Position numbers and translations under genes: made by a program. This document shows positions 45,771 to 58,596 of a stretch of 64,000 nucleotides of DNA, piece after piece (position 1 is the stretch's first letter; each line of letters starts with the position of its first letter). The notes under the pieces are model-generated. The model ran no database searches. It had not been told where the DNA came from and saw only the letters and a list, made by a program, of their open reading frames with translations. Source of the stretch: Podarcis liolepis (taxonomy: Eukaryota); assembly GCA_965112155.1 (NCBI GenBank), contig OZ218110.1; one strand, given 5' to 3'.

Positions 45771-46697
45771 ATGGAGTGTGCAAATTTAACAGCACCAACA
45801 GAGTTCGTCCTCTCCGGGCTTCCATACCCACAAGAGTTGAAGGTCCCTTTGTTTCTCTTCTTCTTGCTCATGTTCCTGCTGACCCTGTCTGGAAATTCTC
45901 TCATTCTCTGGGTGGTGGCTTCTGACCTCCAGTTGCACAAGCCCATGTACTGGTTCCTCTGCCATCTGTCCATCCTGGACATGGCTTTCTCTTCTGTCGT
46001 CGTTCCCAAAGTGATTGCAGGATTTATCCCCGGTGGAAAAGTCATCTCCTTCACAAGTTGCATCTCTCAGTTATTTTTCTTCAACTTCCTTGGATGTGCA
46101 GAAAGTCTCCTTTACACCTTGATGGCTTATGATCGCTTCTTGGCCATTTGTAAGTCCCTCCATTACACCAACATCATGAATTGGAAAGCCTGCCTTGGCC
46201 TCTCCTTGGGGACGGTGATTGGAGGCTGCCTGAACTCAATCATGGAGACAACCCTCACCTTCCATTTGCCATATGGGTGGAGAAAGTACGTTGATTACAT
46301 CTTCTGTGACATCCCTGCAGTGTTGAAGCTGACTTGTGCTGACACAGAGCTCAATCAGATGGTGATGTTGATTGACATTGGCATTGTAGCAATGACCTGC
46401 TTCCTCCTTATCTTGACCTCCTATGTCTACATCATTTCAGCTATTTTGAGGATCAGCAGCAGGGAAGGGCGTCGATGGGCCTTCTCAACCTGCACAGCCC
46501 ATCTCATTGTGGTGGGTGTTTATTACCTACCTGTGGTTTATCACTACCTGAGGCCAGCTTCTCAGGACTCCATGGATGCTGTGGTGTGCGTGTTCTACAC
46601 CACGATAACCCCATTTCTGAACCCGCTCATCTACACACTTAGGAACAAGGAGATGAAGACCGCTCTGGTGAAAAAGTGGAGTGGGAATGCAGAGTAA
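45771..46697 (+). CDS. Olfactory receptor, class II (OR-B, 308 aa from the ATG at 45771)
   Basis: MECANLT start, LHKPMYWFL, MAYDRFLAIC, AFSTC and NPLIYTLRNKE; the ORF is open. Confidence 0.94.
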   Translation: MECANLTAPTEFVLSGLPYPQELKVPLFLFFLLMFLLTLSGNSLILWVVASDLQLHKPMYWFLCHLSILDMAFSSVVVPKVIAGFIPGGKVISFTSCISQLFFFNFLGCAESLLYTLMAYDRFLAICKSLHYTNIMNWKACLGLSLGTVIGGCLNSIMETTLTFHLPYGWRKYVDYIFCDIPAVLKLTCADTELNQMVMLIDIGIVAMTCFLLILTSYVYIISAILRISSREGRRWAFSTCTAHLIVVGVYYLPVVYHYLRPASQDSMDAVVCVFYTTITPFLNPLIYTLRNKEMKTALVKKWSGNAE

Positions 46698-46884
46698 ACA
46701 GCACCCATCTTCACACAGCTTTTTAGCTGCTTTTTAGAATGCCAGTTCAAGTCGGATTGGCTTCACCATGTGATGAATTGGTTGCAGGAGCTGAAACAAT
46801 GATGGAATAGGCTGGAACTTAGCCAACCAGTTCTGTGGGACCTGGGGTGACTGCCAGTGTTGTCTATGCTCAGTTTAAGGTGTG

Positions 46885-47100
46885 GGGTCATGTATTGGTT
46901 AGGGTGTTGGACTAACACTTGGGAAACCAGGTTCAAGTTCCCAGTCAGCTATGAAGCTCACTGGGTGACTTGGCTCAGTCACCATCTCTCAGCCTAAGCA
47001 ACCTCACAGGGTTGTTGAGAGGATAAAAGGGGGAGAAGAAGAGAATGTACTTCACCTTGAACTCCTTGGTTGAAAGGTAGGATTGAAAAGCAAAAATAAT
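46885..47100 (+). mobile_element. Old tRNA-derived SINE (Squam3/MIR-like)
   Basis: B-box GGTTCAAGTTCCC and core CACTGGGTGACTTGG...CTCTCAGCCTAA...CCTCACAGGGTTGTTG. Confidence 0.65.
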
Positions 47101-48740
47101 TAAATGATATATTTAAAAAACTATGTGGCTGTACTTTGAAGAAGCCTCCTTGCATTCCCTTCTGAATTTCTCAGGATGTCTGCCATGTTCTAGGGTGTTT
47201 TGTGGTTGAAATAACTTTTGCTTTTCTGCACAATTCCTTACCTGCCCCTAAGAAAGAAGTTTGGTCCTCCTGAAATATGTTTTAGTTTAATATCCATGTG
47301 TATAATTTTACTTACCTTGATTGTATAAGCATCTCCCTGATGACTATCCACATTCTTGGGTTGAAAAACTATTTTATTTTATAAGATTTTGCTTTTCTGT
47401 TACCTTAATACTAACAAATAAAAAATAAATTGATATTTTTAGTAAATATTTCGAGTCACACTTCTTCAGTAAAAAAATAAAGATTCGTTCATCATAAATT
47501 ATAGTTCTCAGGATTAGACATATTTGCATTGATGCCAATGTTATATTCATAGTGTATTGCTGAAGTGCACTATGTAATGTTTTCAGATACTAATTTTCTC
47601 TAATAAACTGTTTTGAAAAAGATATAAAGGGTTAAAATAAAGCATGGACTGGAAATGGGGTAGATAGAACACGAACATAAGAACATGTGGCTAACACCTC
47701 AAAATCCAACTTTGTCCGATTTACTCCAAAATTGGGCCAAAGTTTTATGTACAGCATTTTGCAGCTATTCAGTTTTGGGGGCTCTGCAAAACATCAAGTT
47801 TGCACTGCAAATTCTGCAAAACAATTGCAAAACTTTGGCCCAGATTAGGAGTAAATTGAACAAGGTTGGATTTCAAGCACTGTTAATAAGGTACCCGAAT
47901 TTGATGTATTATTTACTCTGTTCTTTGGGAGGTTTGGAGGAAATTCCAAATTTGGGGGTTCATAATTAACACAGCTTGTTCTCAGGCTTCTGGTGAAATA
48001 TATTTGAGTAATGTACTGCCTGGATTGGCCACATCTAGCATAAATATAAAAATCCTGGCCATGTGCATTTGCCTGATCAATGGGACAGTTCTTCTGCTTG
48101 CTGAACATCAGGTGCTAGGTCAAGTCATTGAACTCGGGAACTTAGGATTAGGGGACATAGTGGGAAGGGGGGTAAAGAGTGGTTTCACACACACACAAAC
48201 ACACACACACATGACCTATCACACCTTACATATACCAACCACATAATGTATCCACCATCACCACTTATGCTGCCTAGTAAGTCACATAACTAAACACAAG
48301 GTTCCATTATGGAATGATTCCCATGGTTCCCACAAATGAATCAACATTTTAATGAGGCCCTCTGGAGTTTCAGCTGTTATTAACTCAAGAGCACCCCAAT
48401 GGCCAGGGCTTGGTAACCTAAGAGACACAAGATAAGAAGAGAGCAGAGAGGGAACAAAAAGAAGATTATAAAGATGGGTGATCAGAACAAGAGGGGTAGA
48501 TGCATAATACAAGAGCATATTAGGACTCTCTTGCCATTTATATCATGTGGCAATAAAAGACTGGCACATTAAAGGAGTTGTTAGACATAACTGAAATTTG
48601 CACCCACCCACTGATGGAAGATATAGATGAAAACTAGCCTGAGCTGACACATCCCACCAAGAGATGCTGACTTTGGTTTTCCTTCAATTTGTGACCATTA
48701 TCACCATCCGTTCTGTTCTGCTAAGATGAGTGCTGCCTAA

Positions 48741-49700
48741 ATGGAGTGTGGAAATGTAACATCAGTGTTTGAACATTTTGAACTTGTGGGATTCATATAT
48801 CCCAAAGAGCTAAAGTTTCCGTTGCTCACCTTCTTTTCCATCATGTATATATTATCTCTTTCTGGAAATGGCTTGATCCTTCTGGTGGTAGCCCTGGAAC
48901 CTCATTTGCACAAGCCTATGTACTGGTTCCTCTGCCATCTGTCTGTGTTGGATATGATGATCTGCTCAGTGGTGGTGCCCAAGATGATTTTTTGGTTGAT
49001 AGAGGGCAATGGGGTCATCTCCGTCACAGGTTGTGTGTCCCAGCTCTTCCTCTTTCACTTCCTGGGCTGCACAGAATGCTTCTTGTACACCGTGATGGCC
49101 TTTGATCGCTTTCTGGCCATCTGCAAACCACTCCACTACGGCACCATCATGAACCATCAGATTTGCTTCAACTTCTCTATTGGCATCTGGTTTGGAGGCT
49201 GCCTGCACTCTATGGTACATACCTACCTCACCTTCCATTTGCCATATGGACGGGGGAACCAGGTGAACTACATCTTCTGTGACATCCCAGCTGTGCTGAA
49301 GCTGGCCTGTGGAGACACATCCTTCCATGAGCTGGTGACCTTTGTTGACATTGGGATTGTGTCTTTGGTTTCCTTCCTCCTGATCCTCACATCCTACATG
49401 TATATCATTTGTGCCATCCTGAGGATTCCCACTGCCACAGGGAGACACCGTGCCTTCTCCACCTGCACAGCCCATATCACTTTGGTGGTGATATTCTATG
49501 TCCCTGTGGTTTACAACTACCTGCGTCCACCATCTCAGGAGTCCCTTGATGGGACCATTGCTGTGTTCTACACAGCGGTGACACCATTCTTAAACCCTCT
49601 CATATACACTCTGAGGAACAATGAGATGAAAGTTGGTGTGAAGAAATTGTGCAGTAGGAAACCACAGCACTCCCTTAACCATGTGAGATCATCTTCTTGA
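48741..49700 (+). CDS. Olfactory receptor, class II, family-10-like (OR-C, 319 aa)
   Basis: All canonical OR motifs are present; it is a close paralog of OR-A and OR-D. Confidence 0.95.
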   Translation: MECGNVTSVFEHFELVGFIYPKELKFPLLTFFSIMYILSLSGNGLILLVVALEPHLHKPMYWFLCHLSVLDMMICSVVVPKMIFWLIEGNGVISVTGCVSQLFLFHFLGCTECFLYTVMAFDRFLAICKPLHYGTIMNHQICFNFSIGIWFGGCLHSMVHTYLTFHLPYGRGNQVNYIFCDIPAVLKLACGDTSFHELVTFVDIGIVSLVSFLLILTSYMYIICAILRIPTATGRHRAFSTCTAHITLVVIFYVPVVYNYLRPPSQESLDGTIAVFYTAVTPFLNPLIYTLRNNEMKVGVKKLCSRKPQHSLNHVRSSS

Positions 49701-50913
49701 AAACATTATATATTGAGAAATCCTTGCAGTCCAACTGTTAAGTAGATATGGGTATTTTAGGAATAGCTAGAGACAACAAATAATCTGAACATGGAACATT
49801 TCCCTGATCTCTATTCTCTCCTTTTACCTGTTGTAAATAGAAATCTCAAACCTAAAAATATTCTTTGTCTAAACTATTCATCTGTTGGCTTTTTGTATTG
49901 TGAGAAGATGAAACTGGGGAAAATCTAATAGGATCTAAGCAACTTCTGGTTCAGGATGAATCATCCCTAAGTGATTAGGATGAAAATATTTCTGACTGGT
50001 CCAAAGGTGGCTGGATAGAACTAAGCAATCAAAGTGCAATAGCACATAATAGCCCTGAGATCTATGGATGATGGGCAGTATATAAATTTAATTTTGTTGT
50101 TGTTGTTAACAACAACAACAACAACAGCTATTGAAAGAGACCAATGAAATTTGAAGGGGAAACATACATGCCAGAGCCATTAAGAGAGAGAGAGAGAGAG
50201 AATCTGTTGGTCTTTATAAGTTAATGTTAAAAGCTTTTGAGCCAAAATGTGTCAGCTGGAGTGCCTGGTTGTCAATGAGAGCATAGATGCAGTGGAACTA
50301 ATGGAAACCTGCTACAGTGGAGTAAACCACTGGGACCTGGTTATTTTCAAATACTAACTGTGAAGCAGGGGTAACCAATGGGGCATTCTCCATAAGTTGT
50401 TGGACTACAATTCCCACTCCATTGTCTTTTGAGACAACAACTCAAAACCACCACAACAGAAAATGTTGTGATAGGCACCATCATAGAGTGAATTTAAGGT
50501 TGTTTGTGGCTACTAGCCATGATGGTTTCATTGCCTCCAGTATCACAGGCAGAATGCCTTTGAAAGCAAGTCACTAGGGAATCACAGCTGGAGAGGCTGA
50601 TGCTGTTTCTCAGCTGGTAACCGGAGGATTCAATTGTACAAGATGCAGGGTGCTCCTTCCTAAGTATCTTCTGCCCTTGAAGTGAAAGGAATCACAGCAT
50701 CTATTTCTTCCCCAGCATATTTCATGATTGAATGCTTCATTTTAATGGCACTTGTCTTCCTTTTAGTCTCCTCAAATGAATTGCCCTAGAGTGTTGCCAT
50801 GTTGAAATCTTTGTGTCAATCATTCCAATATACCACTCCTGGATCCAACCACAGTGACATTCATGTCCCACAGATTTCAGTGGAATATGTTTAACTCTCT
50901 CATGTTGAAACTA

Positions 50914-51604
50914 CCGTATTTTTCGCCCTATAGGACGCACTTTTTCCCCTCCAAAAATGAAGGGGAAATGTGTGTGCGTCCTGTGGGGCAAATGCAGGCT
51001 TCAGGAGAGCCCCACCACCAGCCCCACAAGCTCGGGGGACAGCGGGGAGGCAGAACGCCACCATCCCGCTGTTTCCCGATGTGGTTTGGAGGCTGGCGGC
51101 GGGAGAAGCCCGTTTCTCCCTGCCGCCAGCCCCGCAAGCTCAGGGGACAGAGGGGAGGCGCAGCGCGCCATCCCGCTGTCTCCCAACGTGGTTTGGAGGC
51201 TGGGGGCGGGCTGTTCTGGGGGCTGGGGATGGGGGAAGCCCCTCCCCAAGCTCCCAGAGCAATCGCGAAGCTGCGCACAGCTTCGGGATCGCTCTGGGAC
51301 CCATTCTGGAGGCTGGGGATGGGGGAAGCTTGGGCTTCCCCTCCCCCAGCCCCGCATGCTCCCAGAGCAGGCTTCGTGCAGCTCACCGCAAGCTGTGGGA
51401 GCCCGGCGCGACTTTGAACTGGCCTCCAACGGCTTGCGGAGATCTGCCTGTTCTGGGGGCTGGGGTGGGGGATGCTCGGACTTCCCCCGCCCCAGCCCCG
51501 TGCCTGGGGGGGGGAATAAAAAAAATCCTTTATTTCCCCCCCCAAAAAAAAAAAATCTAGGTGCTTCCTACGGGCCGGTGCGTCCTATAGGGCGAAAAAT
51601 ATGG
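50914..51604. mobile_element. Complete Tc1/mariner (Tc2-like) MITE
   Basis: 27-bp TIRs CCGTATTTTTCGCCCTATAGGACGCAC (one mismatch), TA duplicated at 50912-50913 and 51605-51606, and a GC-rich interior with internal repeats. Confidence 0.9.
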
Positions 51605-52599
51605 TAATTGGGTTGAAAAGTTTGATTGATTGGGCCCAGTCTGGAGAGTCACTAACATATGCATGTAAATGTATATTTATATTTTATATTTACTTATTTG
51701 GGGAATATCTAACTTGCTCTCTATTCAAGAGACTCATAAAGAGATGAGAGAAAATAGTGCAATTTCAGAACATTGTACAAAGTATGGCCAAATATCAAAC
51801 AATAGAATATCCAAACCTTGTATAAAATGCATATCAAACACAATACAAATAAAACCTTGAATCAATATACAATATTAAAATCAAATACAGCATAAAGGAA
51901 TCTTAAATCAATATACAAAGTGTATAGAAAATAAATAAAAATGGGATACCAAACAGAACTCAAAGATGACAACCACCTCAAAACAGTATACAGAATAAAA
52001 ATCAAATACAATACAAAATATCACTAACCAAATTTTTAAAAGTGGTAAATCAGTAAGAGAGAGAGAGAGATTTTCCTATATAGAGAAAAATGCAAGGCTA
52101 TCATCACGTTTTAGTTTATGTGGCTGCCTATGCCAACCAAATGACAGCAGGGTGGCAGCCACCCAGGTGAGCCATTTAATGGAGGAAAGTAGGGGCTAAG
52201 TACCCCTCCCCACTGTGAAACATGGCTACAGCAAGGATTAATAGAAGGGAGAAGCGTTTCACGAGTCACTCTGTGCAGTGCCACTCCCAATTATATTAAA
52301 CATGGCTGCAGAAACATCTAACGGAGGGAGCAGCTGCTTCAAAAAACCATTCTATGAAGCCCCTCCCTATTTTATTTTATTTTATTTAAAGAGTGGGTGC
52401 TGTGGCAAGCTGTTAGGGGAGCTGTTTGGGGGTGAGCTGTGAGAAGAGGGGGAGGCATTTGGGGTGAGCTTGGAGAAGATAGGTGATGGGGCAGATGTGT
52501 TGTAGAGGGAGGAGATTCGGTGAGCTCTAAAGGGACAAGGGGTTGGTGAGATGGTGGGAAGCGGGATGGCAAAAGGGTTGGAGGGTAGGTGAGCAAAGC

Positions 52600-53086
52600 A
52601 AGCGAGGCCAGCAGCCCCTAGTGAGTGAGGACATTAAGTGCCAGACAACAAAGAAGAGTGGGGTCCCTCCTCCAGCTGTGTGCTAGTGGGCAGAGACCAA
52701 AAAAGGGTTTAGGATTTCAGTCTGCCTGATGTGGGTGGGAGAGGAAATCCCTTACAGTCTTTTAGTGGAGACAAGGAAGAGGAAGGGGGCAAAGAGCACC
52801 CTGTGGGCTGACTGAGACAGGCTGAAACAAAGAGACCGAGAGCAGGGCTGGTTTCTCTGTTCTGAGACCAATGGGAGAAGCAAGAAACCCTCTTACAATG
52901 TGAATGCTCCACACTCTCTCCATCTAGACTCAGGTTGTTTATATGTGTAAATAAACCAAATATCACAAAGACACTACAGTCTCCACTGTGCCTCATTGTC
53001 CAATCGGAAACACAGATTCTGGGTCAAGCGCACCTGGAACCACTGGAATCTCACACTGCTCATGGAGATTGGGGTGGTGTGTCACA
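52600..53086 (+). mobile_element. Probable LTR remnant (left boundary uncertain)
   Basis: AATAAA near 52949 is followed by a U5-like segment ending TGTGTCACA. No TSD was confirmed. Confidence 0.35.
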
Positions 53087-54757
53087 ATATATATGGCCAG
53101 TATAATGACAATGCAATGCTATACTAGGGCCGACTGTGAGCCAATTCAAAGAGGACACAGCAATGGAAGGGAGAAGGGGAAGAGAGGAAAGGCCCAGCAA
53201 TAGAGGGAAGAACAGCAGAGATGGTTGCCTAAGGATCCTTCAGATTTGAAGCCATCCCTGTCTTTCACAGGTACTTATCATAAACTGGTACTTAGTTATA
53301 AGTTATTTAATTTTGATTAATTCAATCACTGCTGAGGGAAGGGGTTCATTTTATGCCCTAATCATCTCTGCTTTGGTCAACAAGGTTGGAAAACAAATGG
53401 GAATGGAACAGTACTGTGGACTGAACTATAATATTTTGCTGCTGAAGTTGACAATGTTTACTGTGGGTTAAACTCCTTGTTACCTCCACTTTCCGCTGAG
53501 CAATAATGTGGAAAGTCAAATATGGATGGGTCAACAATCTTCCCTCCCAAGAAGTGTTCAAATGAATATAATTGTGATGTGCATAAATATTCAAAGGGTT
53601 GCATCATGGAATGGTTCCTTGACGTTCCCCCAAAGGAAGTAACACTTTAATAAGGACTTCTGGGGTTTCAGCTCCTATCATCATTAACTCAAGATCATGC
53701 CATACCACACAAGCTTATGTCCCACAACATGCAAAATGAGATGGCAGTGTGGGGATAAGGAAAAGAAAGCAATGCAGGTAGGGGATAAATATGAGTACCT
53801 GAGGACAGGTGTTCAGGAGGAAGCCAATTGCCTAGGCTCTTCTTCCCATTTATATCAGGTGGGTGCTTGCTTTGAACCCAGACAACTATATCAGAAGAAT
53901 ATGCCCAATATTTTTGATAACTCATTGCCAACAAAGCTATCTCTTACCCAAAAGCTGATGAAGGGAATTTGAAGGAACCTTTATTTTAAGGAGGAGGGGG
54001 ATGAGTAGGATGGGATATCTTGTATGCCAACTGGGTACTAATGACTGATAAAATAATACAGGTTGTATTTTGTTACAAGCTTTCTAGATTCATGCACATG
54101 ATGGTTATCACCAAAGATGTTCAGCTAACTGACCTTCTTTCCACTCCACTGAAACCCACATACTGTATCTGTTTTTCTATATGTTAGGTGAGATCTGGAT
54201 AGACTGAGTTGTTTCATTTGTAGGAGTAAGAAGAGTAAAAGGCAGCACTTCTCTTGAAGATCCTCTGCTCTGTTCAATATATCAGCCATCAGCTGCTGCT
54301 CCAGAGGAAGGGGGATAAAATGATGTAATGAACAGTGATGGGTAAACTATCATCACAGGAGCATTCCAGCTAACAACAGCCCATTCACAGCCTATGTTTC
54401 AAAATCAGGATGTTTCTGCTAATTTTGCTCTCAAGGACAAAATGAAAAAAATGTGTTGGGGGTCTGTTAAATGGCTGTCTCCTCCCTATATACCAGAGGT
54501 TTTATCCAATGTTAGTCATGTTCAAAGCAGATATATTGAAAATAATGTAAATGAATTTCAAGAGGTATAGTATGAGTAGAACTTGATTGGGTACATCCCT
54601 GTGTGTCTGAAATAGTAATGTCTTACTGAGCATTTTGGTTCTTTCAGTTTCTGTTCAAGGACTACTGGAGTGGGGGGAAAGGGTGTTATAGGGAGCTAGG
54701 ATAGTGGCATCTGAAGCAGACAGGTGATTGGCAGTAGATTGGCAAAGTATTGCCTGA

Positions 54758-55702
54758 ATGGAGTGTGGAAATGTAACATCAGTGCTTGAACATTTTGAAC
54801 TTATGGGGTTCACATATCCCAAAGAGCTAAAGATCCTGTTGCTCACCTTCTTCTTCCTCATGTATATATTGTCTCTTTTTGGAAACGGCTTGATCCTCTT
54901 GGTGGTTGCACTGGAACCTAGTTTGCACAAGCCTATGTACTGGTTCCTCTGCCATCTGTCAATCATAGATATGATGATCTGCTCAGTGGTGGTACCCAAG
55001 ATGATTTCCTGGATGCTCAAGGGCAATGGGGACATTTCCTTTACAGAATGTGCAACCCAGCTCTTCTTCTTCCACACCCTGGGCTGTTCAGAGTGCTTGC
55101 TGTACACTGTGATGGCTTTTGATCGCTTTCTGGCCATCTGCAAGCCACTCCACTACAGCACCATCATGAACCATCGTCTGGGCACCTGTCTTTCTGTTGG
55201 CGCCTGGTTTGGAGGCTGCCTGCACTCTGTGGTAGAGACCTACCTCACCTTCCGTTTGCCATATGGACGAGGAAGTCAGGTGAACTACATCTTCTGTGAC
55301 ATCCCAGCTGTGCTGAAGCTGGCCTGTACTGACACATCCATCAATGAGATGGTGATTTCGGTTGACGTTGAAGTAGTGGCTGTCACCTGCTCCCTCCTGA
55401 TCCTGACATCCTACGTGTATATTATTTCTGCCATCCTGAGGATTCCCACTGCCACAGGGAGACAACGTGCCTTCTCCACCTGTACAGCCCATATCACCTT
55501 GGTGGTTATATATTATGTCCCTGTGGTTTACAACTACCTGCGTCCACCATCTCAGGACTCCCTTGATGGTATTGTTGCTGTGTTCTACACAGCATTGACC
55601 CCTCTCTTAAACCCTCTCATATACACTCTGAGGAACAATGAGATGAAAGTTGGCGTGAAGAAATTGTGCAGTAGAAAACACAGCACTCACTTAACTAACT
55701 GA
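54758..55702 (+). CDS. Olfactory receptor, class II, family-10-like (OR-D, 314 aa)
   Basis: All canonical OR motifs are present and the ORF is open. Confidence 0.95.
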   Translation: MECGNVTSVLEHFELMGFTYPKELKILLLTFFFLMYILSLFGNGLILLVVALEPSLHKPMYWFLCHLSIIDMMICSVVVPKMISWMLKGNGDISFTECATQLFFFHTLGCSECLLYTVMAFDRFLAICKPLHYSTIMNHRLGTCLSVGAWFGGCLHSVVETYLTFRLPYGRGSQVNYIFCDIPAVLKLACTDTSINEMVISVDVEVVAVTCSLLILTSYVYIISAILRIPTATGRQRAFSTCTAHITLVVIYYVPVVYNYLRPPSQDSLDGIVAVFYTALTPLLNPLIYTLRNNEMKVGVKKLCSRKHSTHLTN

Positions 55703-58380
55703 GTTCTTGTTATTGCAATTAGTTTTATTGAAAATCAGAGAAAATAAACGAGCTTTTCTAAAACCTACTCTTGCGTTCCAATGGTTAAGAACATCTCCAC
55801 TGTTTGCAAGCAGCTCTTGAGCATGGGATACTCACCTGAGCTCTACTATCTTTTTTCTGTCATTTGCAACCTGGTGCCTGCAAGATGAAGAGTAACGATC
55901 TGTAACCACAAATTCTCATTTGTTTGCACCACTCATCTGTTTCCATGCATGCATTTAAAGCTCAATTTATACAGTCCTTCTCCAGGCGACTGCTGCTTAT
56001 CCATGGCTGCCTTCCAGACTGCAACATAAATGTCCGAGGCTGCAGATCTAAACTCATTTACTACAGAGTACAGATGGGGAAGAATTTCTATTCACTTTGC
56101 ATTTGAAGGCAAACTGAAGTTGTGCTTTCCTATACAATAAACAGCAGTGTTAGGGGAGTGGTAGTCCCTCTGGTGGGGGACATGTCATGCTCCTTCAAGA
56201 TAGTTTCTCCACTTTTGGCCCCCACTCTGCACTCAGTTTTCACCTGTGGTTCCTAGAAGCTGCCAGCATGCAACAGTCCACACCCCAGGAAACAGCTTCA
56301 ACTGGTTGGCTAAACCAGGTGAGGGGAGCCAATGGGTCTCAAACCCTCATTGAGTTGTGATTCTTGTTAAGAACTCTCCGGGGGAACAATTATTTGCAAA
56401 CAATGTTGTTTGTGGAAAGGCTGAGTTTTTGGGCAGGGGTTTGGCAGGCTTCAGCAGCCAGAAACCAGGAGCTATGAGACGGGCTATTGGCCAGAACTGA
56501 AAACCCAGCAGGACTGAAGGAGAAACATATCAGAGCTGAAGAAGAACAGGTTCAAGATGATCCAATGAGCAGCCAGTCCAGAAAGTTATTTGCTGGCCCC
56601 TGCAGCTCATTGGTTGAATACATGGAATAGACATATATACTCACAAAATACAGCAGCTCCTGACAGTTGGTTTATATCTAGTCTAAGCTCAGTCCCACTG
56701 AAATCAATCTGACACCGTTACTCATGAGTTATTATCTTGTTGATTTCAACAGGAACTGAGTGCCACTCATTTAACCTAAGCAGGACTGAGTGGAATTGTG
56801 TCTGCTAGAATTTATTTCTGCAGCACCTTTCAGCCAATCCCCACACCTACCCCCACCTTCATATAATCCATAGTTCTCCGGAAAGGTAGGCTGAAGGAGT
56901 TGTTGTTGTTGTTGTTAGTCTAACCTGTCACTCAAGGAACATAAGCCTTGCTGGATCAGAACAAAGACTCATCTAAGTTCAGCATCCTATTCTTACAGTA
57001 GCCAATCAGATGCCTTTGGGGTATACACAGAACATTTGCCTTGCCTACAGAAGGTCCAAGGTCCAGCCGCCACCACCCCTTTTTCTCCTAGTAGGATAGA
57101 GAAAGATTCGCTGCCTGAAACTCCAGGGAACAGCTGCCAGTCAGTGTTGACAATACTTAGCCAGATGGGCCAATGGTCTGACACAGTATATGGCAGCTCT
57201 CTGTATTCCTGTAGATCATGGTCTCAGCATGTGTTGACATAGATTTTGGCTCAAACACTTATGGCGAGACGTTCAGGCTGAAATAATTCTCAATCACATA
57301 GAGATATGTTAGATGTTCTTTCTCTAATCACTAAGTGAAATAAACGGGCAGGTGATCCTGCCACCATGGAGAACTGGCAGGAGAGCTAGGGATTTTATTT
57401 TATTTTTACCAGTGAGGCACCACTGACTCAAAGCAATTGGACAGTTCCACCTACTTTCCATGATGGCATAGCATTGCGGCATGGCCCTGCCCCACCTCTG
57501 TGGTCTTTGCTGCAGCCACATTTTTCCAGCCGATGAGAGATGCAGCAGCCTCTCACAGCAGTTGGATAATTTGAATTCAGGCCACCTGTGGATTGGCCAA
57601 TGGCAGGTGGGCTTAGGGGCAGGCACACCCAGGGGTGGAGCTGACTGAGTCTTCATGAGGACTTCCCTCAGGTCTCCTCCTTGGGGATAAAAGGAGTGTT
57701 CGTCCCTCAATCAGCACCATTGTACTGTTGGACTGGAGACTGCAGCTAATGGTGGATGGAGTCAGGTCAAATGGTGGGCGGAGCCTGGGAGGGCAGGACC
57801 CTGATAGACTCCAGCTACAAAAGCAGAGGCTGCTGAAGAGGCTGGAGACCATTTTGACTGCATACCCAGAACATCAATCTCAGTTTCTTATTCAAGTATG
57901 AGTTCCATGTTCCCACATCAGTTTCCAATTATTATTATTAAATAAATAGAAACACCAGAAATTCACCAGCATCTTAATGTGGATTTATTGTAACATTGTG
58001 GATTCAGTTTTCCTCAATTTACACCTCTCTACAAAGCATATCACCCCTAATATGTAACAGCCACTACTATTTTGCATGTTATTTTCACCAATCTGTGCAT
58101 TATGTGAAAACCAAGGTAAAGAGATGTGTCTTTAGCGTTTGTTACCAGCTGCATAGTGAAGAAGCCAGGTGCACCTCTGTTGGGATGGAATCCCACAACT
58201 TAGGGGCTGTCACAAAGAATGCCCTCTCCTGGGCCACCGCCACCCAAACTTCTCAGGGAGGTGGAACTTCCAGGGGGCCCCTGTGGCGTTTGCCCTCCTA
58301 GGTGTGTGACATCATACTGGGTTCATAAGGAAAGGGTTAACTAAGTGTAAAATGACTAACCAATAGGAACCCAAGGGGAG

Positions 58381-58442
58381 GAGTTAGAGTTAGAGTTAGA
58401 GTTAGAGTTAGAGTTAGAGTTAGAGTTAGAGTTAGAGTTAGA
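58381..58442. repeat. (GAGTTA)10 hexanucleotide tandem repeat
   Basis: Ten perfect units were read directly. Confidence 0.95.
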
Positions 58443-58596
58443 ATTGTTGAGAAGTCAGTCTGGAGTTAGAGAAGAGAGGATAAGTCTGTGGGTTGGGCTA
58501 GTCTGATGTGAGAGAGTGAGAGAATCTGTTAAGAGGAGTCAGTCAGTCAAACAGTTGATATAATCAGTCAGAAGGTATTAGGAAGGTATAGGCCGG

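Noticed and set aside
47440-47475. Second hammerhead-like string on - (CTGAAGAAGTGTGACTCGAAA)
   Set aside because: Stem II is only 3 bp, and there is no properly placed NUH/stem III or Penelope context.
50854-51607. Several overlapping 140-216 aa ORFs on both strands
   Set aside because: They lie within a GC-rich MITE that is poor in stop codons, and they have no transposase or other domain.
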